Shown here in pieces: positions 59,202 to 64,000 of a DNA stretch of 64,000 bases. A program made the translations under genes and the position numbers. Every line of letters starts with the position of its first letter. Positions within the stretch are counted from its first letter, which is position 1. Below the pieces are notes generated by a model that saw only the letters and a list, made by a program, of their open reading frames with translations, did not search any database and was not told the origin of the DNA. This DNA is from an uncultured Ruminococcus sp. (GTDB lineage Bacteria > Bacillota > Clostridia > Oscillospirales > Ruminococcaceae), in NCBI GenBank assembly GCA_937910385.1, contig CALEPT010000123.1:26080-90079 (forward strand), written 5' to 3'.

Positions 59202-60401
59202 ATGAAGAGTTTTTCTTACGTTGCCCAGGACGCTAAAGGCAAACAGGTCAAGGGTATGATCAATGCCGAAAACGAACAGGAATTTCTTAAAAAAGTCAAA
59301 GAAAAAGGCTTGTTCGTGAAGGATTATAAGGAAAGCGATTCAGACTATGCAAAATCTATCTACAAGTTCGACACCAAGGAGCTCTCATTCTGTTGTCGAC
59401 AGCTGAGCGCCATGCTTACATCAGGCCTTACACTTGTAAAATCTATCGATATCTTGACAAAACAGCAGGAAAATGAAAAAGCAAGAGCTATATGGCAGGA
59501 TATCTACGAAAACGTTCAGAAGGGTGAATCCTTCTCAACGACCCTCGAAATGCATGCCGGTTCTTTCCCGGAATTCCTGATCTCAATGGTCGGAGCAGGT
59601 GAGTCAAGCGGTTCGCTCGATATTATTATGACCAGAATGTCGGATCATTATGCAAAAGAGAATAAGCTGAAAAACACTATCAAGGGCGCTATGACGTATC
59701 CTATAATCCTTGCCGTCCTGCTTGTAGTTGTTATGCTGTTCCTGTTTATCTTCATCATGCCTACTTTCATAGGAATGTATGACGATCCTAAGGATATGCC
59801 GGCTATAACCCGAGCTCTTGCGGCATTCAGTGATTTCCTGAGATATAAATGGTATCTCGTTGTCGGAATAGCTGCTGCTCTGTATTTCGGTATAAGATAC
59901 GCACTCAAGGTCCCGAGCGTAAAACTGAAGTTCGACCGTCTGAAGATAAAAGGTCCCGGTTTCGGGCCGCTTGTCTGCAAGATATATACCGGACGTTTTG
60001 CTCGTACTCTTTCTTCGCTTTATTCAAGCGGTATCCCAATGGTTGAATGCCTTGAAAGAGCTTCTTCGATACTCGGAAACGCTTACGTTGACGAAAAGTT
60101 TGAAGATGTTATCGACGAGGTAAAGCAGGGCGAGACCCTCTCGTCGGCAATCACAAGAACTGAGATATTCGAGCCTATGTTCTGCTCGGTAGTATTCGTT
60201 GGTGAAGAGTCTGGTGCACTTGACTCGATTCTTGAAAAGACCTCTGATTACTACGAGGAAGAATCCGACGCAGCCGTACAGAGACTTGTCGGAATGGTAG
60301 AGCCCCTCATGCTTGTTCTGATGGGCGTTATCATCGGACTGTTCGTAATGGGTGTTTATCCCGCACTTTACGGCTCTATGGAAAGTGTCGAAGACGAATA
60401 A
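59202..60401 (+). CDS. pilC: Type IV pilus platform protein (T2SS F family)
   Basis: Duplicated GESSGSLD/GEESGALD repeats, AMTYP, three TM helices. Confidence 0.93.
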   Translation: MKSFSYVAQDAKGKQVKGMINAENEQEFLKKVKEKGLFVKDYKESDSDYAKSIYKFDTKELSFCCRQLSAMLTSGLTLVKSIDILTKQQENEKARAIWQDIYENVQKGESFSTTLEMHAGSFPEFLISMVGAGESSGSLDIIMTRMSDHYAKENKLKNTIKGAMTYPIILAVLLVVVMLFLFIFIMPTFIGMYDDPKDMPAITRALAAFSDFLRYKWYLVVGIAAALYFGIRYALKVPSVKLKFDRLKIKGPGFGPLVCKIYTGRFARTLSSLYSSGIPMVECLERASSILGNAYVDEKFEDVIDEVKQGETLSSAITRTEIFEPMFCSVVFVGEESGALDSILEKTSDYYEEESDAAVQRLVGMVEPLMLVLMGVIIGLFVMGVYPALYGSMESVEDE

Positions 60402-60425
60402 TAACGAGAAAGGTGGAAAGAATAA

Positions 60426-62009
60426 ATGCTTTCATTTGATATTACCGATAGAAATATACGAGTTGTTAAGGGCGTTGAGAGCAACGGAAAGATCAAGATC
60501 AGCTCCGCTGCTACCCTTAATATTGAAGAGGATCTTATCGTAAACGGTCACGTTAAGGACGTTCCTAACGTTGCTACTCTTATCAACGGTATCCTCAAGA
60601 AAAACAGAATGCCTGATAAAGAGGCTATCGTATCGATCTCATCTAACCTGACTATCTTCAAGGAAATGATAGTGGCTAAGGCTAAGAATCAGGATCTTCA
60701 GAAAACAGTTAAGCTTCAGATGCAGGCTGAGCTCAATCTGGATGATTCCTACAGCGTTTCATATATCATAGTAGGCGATGCCGATACAGCTGAAGGCGGC
60801 GAGCCGGCGTACAAGATACTTGCTACCGCCTGCCCCTATGAGATCGTAAACAGCTACAGAGAAGTGTTCAAGCTTCTCGGCATCTCACTCAAATCAGTTA
60901 TGATAGGCTGTAACTGTATAACAAAGGTTTTGCTTGCAGATACGAAGATCAAGTCGAAGATGCCGCTTCTCGCAGTTCAGATCGACAACAACTTCATTTC
61001 GCTCAACCTTTATGAGCAGGGTCAGCTCTCATTCTCACGTTTCGCTTCCATCGACCCTGCTGATTATGGCAACTCTGACGACTACGTTTTTGAAGCTGTA
61101 AACGAGAACATCTTCCGTATGCTTCAGTTCCACAGAAGCCGTAATACAGGCGAATCTATCGAGAATGTAATCTTCTACGGAGATACACATGAGTATGTAA
61201 GACTCACAGACGAGCTTGAAAAGCTCGACCTTAAAACAAGCCTTATCAATGTTCCTCCGCAGATACATGGTCATGAGAATCTCGAGTTCTCGCTCTATGC
61301 AAACGCTATCGGCGCTATGTTCAAGAGAAATAAGGACATCGAGAAGATCAACCTTCTTGAAACAGATCTCGGTACCGCTGTTAAGAACAAGATCAAGGAT
61401 GACAGTGCGGGAAACATCTTTATTGCTGCCGGACTTATCGTTCCGCTCATAATAGTCGGCGCTATTTGGGGCATACAGTCAATCAGAAACAAGTCTGTTG
61501 AAAATGATATCCAGGACTGTGTTGACTTTATCGAAAGCCCCACTACCAAGAAAAAACTCGATCATGTTACTCACCTTGAAAATCTCAGAGATCAGGTGAA
61601 TGCTTATCATGAAAAGATAGAGAATGCAAGCGATGCATTCCTTTCACAGCCTGAGATTCTGGGCGATCACTACGATAAGATCGAAACTATACTTGCTGAT
61701 TCCTGTAAAGAGTATGAGATCGAAGAGTATAAAATACTCAATCCTTCATATTCCAATGGTACTATAACTTTCTCTGTTGAGTGTGATGCTACTGAGGCGA
61801 TGGCTCAGGAGCTCCCGGCTACGCTTATTACCAATCTTGTCAAGGACAGCGATGACGAATTCACTGCTGCTCAGTATGGCGGATATACTGTTTCTTCCGG
61901 CGATGAGACTGATCCTGCGGATAACGGAACTGTACATTTTGATACTGCTGTTCAGCTTAAGAGCAAGCAGAGCGCATATCATCCCAGCGAAGAAGACGAA
62001 GAAGAATAA
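60426..62009 (+). CDS. pilM: Type IV pilus PilM with fused PilN-like C-terminus
   Basis: Actin-like N-terminus, INLL motif followed by TM helix and coiled coil. Confidence 0.75.
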   Translation: MLSFDITDRNIRVVKGVESNGKIKISSAATLNIEEDLIVNGHVKDVPNVATLINGILKKNRMPDKEAIVSISSNLTIFKEMIVAKAKNQDLQKTVKLQMQAELNLDDSYSVSYIIVGDADTAEGGEPAYKILATACPYEIVNSYREVFKLLGISLKSVMIGCNCITKVLLADTKIKSKMPLLAVQIDNNFISLNLYEQGQLSFSRFASIDPADYGNSDDYVFEAVNENIFRMLQFHRSRNTGESIENVIFYGDTHEYVRLTDELEKLDLKTSLINVPPQIHGHENLEFSLYANAIGAMFKRNKDIEKINLLETDLGTAVKNKIKDDSAGNIFIAAGLIVPLIIVGAIWGIQSIRNKSVENDIQDCVDFIESPTTKKKLDHVTHLENLRDQVNAYHEKIENASDAFLSQPEILGDHYDKIETILADSCKEYEIEEYKILNPSYSNGTITFSVECDATEAMAQELPATLITNLVKDSDDEFTAAQYGGYTVSSGDETDPADNGTVHFDTAVQLKSKQSAYHPSEEDEEE

Positions 62010-62024
62010 GGAGGATAATCAACG

Positions 62025-62816
62025 ATGAAACTTAATTACAGAGATAAAGTCATACTTGCAATAGTTATTGCATTAATTATCCTGATCGCAGGCTTCTTTG
62101 CACTCATAAGACCAAAGTCTAACGAGATCGAAGAAAATAAAGCTACACTTGCTGCAAAGCAGTCAGAAAAGGCTGAGATCGAGGCCAGAATAGCAAAGAT
62201 CGAACCTCTTACAAACGAGATCAATGATACATACGATGATACAAACAAGCTTGCAAAGCTCTTTGTTCCCATGGATGAAGTAAATAATCCGGTAGCTCTC
62301 GATGAGTATATGCAGGAACTCGCAAATGAAAACGAGGTGCGCATTAACACTGTCGATCTGGGCACAACATCGGTACAGCAGCTCGGATATTACTACTTCA
62401 CTTCCGATGACGTCGGCGGTGACCTTCGTAGTTCAGCTGATTTCAGCGGTGAGCTTCAGGCACAGCATGATGCTCAGACAGCAGAATCTACAGCGCTTTC
62501 TTCCAGAACTACTGAAAGCGTTCTTGAAACTCAGTATGGCATTAATATCAAAGGCACAAAAGAAAATGTATGGAATTACATTAAGGCTATCGCTGATATC
62601 GACGAAGCAGTAATGATAAATTCCGTAGATATTTCCGACTATACCTTCGGTGCAGAGGGAGAGACAATAACTCTTACTCCTGCCGAGGGTGAAGAAGGCG
62701 AGTCTGTAACAGTAACTATAGGCGGAGGCGAAGACGGCGAGTCAAACGTACAAATGGTTATATCAATTTACTCAGTATATACAATGACAAAACCCAATAC
62801 AGAAATGGCAGATTAA
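62025..62816 (+). CDS. PilO-like pilus assembly protein
   Basis: N-terminal TM helix, coiled coil, position after pilM/N. Confidence 0.65.
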   Translation: MKLNYRDKVILAIVIALIILIAGFFALIRPKSNEIEENKATLAAKQSEKAEIEARIAKIEPLTNEINDTYDDTNKLAKLFVPMDEVNNPVALDEYMQELANENEVRINTVDLGTTSVQQLGYYYFTSDDVGGDLRSSADFSGELQAQHDAQTAESTALSSRTTESVLETQYGINIKGTKENVWNYIKAIADIDEAVMINSVDISDYTFGAEGETITLTPAEGEEGESVTVTIGGGEDGESNVQMVISIYSVYTMTKPNTEMAD

Positions 62817-62870
62817 CCACCACGACACGCTATAGTTATTAAAATTATAACTTGAAAGGCGGTTAGAAAG

Positions 62871-64000
62871 ATGATTAAAGAGAAAACACGAAAAATAAAG
62901 ACCGTTCGTGGTTCTGTTCTGTTTACCACGGTATCGGTACTGGCGCTGCTGATAATATTCCTTACCGGTGCGCTGGCACTTGCTTCATCGGCTAACAACC
63001 GTGCGCACAGGTCGTATTCATCGTCGCAGGCAAGCTATAACGCGAGAGCTGCGATAGATGCTTTTACACAGGCGATGATACAGGATCCAAACGTTGCGGC
63101 AGCGGTTCATGACATGAAAAGTGATGAAAGCCTTCAGCCTGTACTTTCAATAGGCAATAAAGATGATGCACTTGGTTCGTGGACCAGAGATACCAGCAAT
63201 GGCTGGGGTACTATCGGATATTATGACGAGGACGGAGATTTTCAGGAGGGAATGATCGATGTACGCCCCACCGGAAATTCCAATGAATATGGTTGGAATG
63301 AGGCTAAAAGTGCATGGCAGAAGCTCACTGAATTCAAGATCACGGCCACAGCGCGCTATGGAAAAGAAGAAGAGACACTTGTAGCTTATGTAAAGACGGT
63401 TGTCGACCAGAAGTCAAACGATTCACTTATCAGAGGTCTTCAGACTGCTGGCGGAGCTGTATTTGGCACAACAGCATCTCATTATACAGGTGACGTAGTT
63501 TTAGGCGCTACAGAAGATGGCACTACAACATACTCAGTAAATAACGGATCAACATTTGATACTGTTTTAAACTTCATAAATGGTAACTTGACGGTCTCAG
63601 GAAGCGGCTTGAATATTAATGTTAACGACAAGAGTTGTCAGACAGTTATAAATGGGAATTTCTCAATTCAAAATAGCACTTTAGTTAATGTTAATTATGT
63701 TGTCAACAGCAATTATACACAACAGACTATTCCGTGCTTATTTATTAATGGCGGTGCGTATTTTCCAAATCAGATTAAATTAGTAGAACAATCCAAAAGT
63801 GAAAAAGCTCCTTATAATGTGTTTGTGGGAACTTTGAGAAGCCAACAGAACAATTTTGATATGAATGGTGTTGACTTGTATCTTATGGATACATATGAGC
63901 CTGCGGTTAAATACGAGGTCGAATACGGTAATGACATTATAGAAATTTCAAAAGGTGCTAATCAGGTTGGATACACAAGCTCTAAACTTGAAAAGTGGGC
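62871..64000 (+). CDS. Large PilX-like minor pilin/adhesin, 3'-truncated by window edge
   Basis: MIKEKTRKIKTVRG|SVLFTTVSVLALLIIFL class III-like signal lacking Glu5; SQASYNARAA; not in ORF track. Confidence 0.65.
   Translation, partial: MIKEKTRKIKTVRGSVLFTTVSVLALLIIFLTGALALASSANNRAHRSYSSSQASYNARAAIDAFTQAMIQDPNVAAAVHDMKSDESLQPVLSIGNKDDALGSWTRDTSNGWGTIGYYDEDGDFQEGMIDVRPTGNSNEYGWNEAKSAWQKLTEFKITATARYGKEEETLVAYVKTVVDQKSNDSLIRGLQTAGGAVFGTTASHYTGDVVLGATEDGTTTYSVNNGSTFDTVLNFINGNLTVSGSGLNINVNDKSCQTVINGNFSIQNSTLVNVNYVVNSNYTQQTIPCLFINGGAYFPNQIKLVEQSKSEKAPYNVFVGTLRSQQNNFDMNGVDLYLMDTYEPAVKYEVEYGNDIIEISKGANQVGYTSSKLEKW

Noticed and set aside
1..64000. tRNA, rRNA, CRISPR array, integrase or transposase
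   Set aside because: None recognised by eye; tRNAscan and CRISPR finders were not run

Overview
Chromosomal segment of a cellulolytic, Ruminococcus-like Firmicute. The assignment is inferred from five dockerin-bearing proteins, GH10/GH43/GH74 hemicellulases, PFOR and a Gram-positive type IV pilus locus. The standout feature is a compact ~7 kb, nine-gene, co-directional, intact phage-morphogenesis operon (4433-11460): terminase small and large subunits, portal, HK97-type capsid, prohead protease and four neck/tail-like genes. It sits between housekeeping genes with no integrase, repressor, replication, tape-measure or lysis genes, which fits a domesticated gene-transfer-agent-like particle better than a prophage. 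The intergenic DNA is rich in structure. There are two diverged copies of a promoter-preceded four-stem element (candidate ncRNA; ~14956-15088 and ~58390-58528), a conserved motif in inverted orientation on both sides of a Vat-like acetyltransferase gene, several dispersed cloverleaf/REP-like repeat families and a DnaA-box-like cluster. Other notable items are a dockerin-bearing lysozyme-fold protein, two ECF sigma/anti-sigma modules, a prfB without its frameshift and an unannotated 43-aa membrane peptide. All product calls come from motif recognition by eye, not from database searches.
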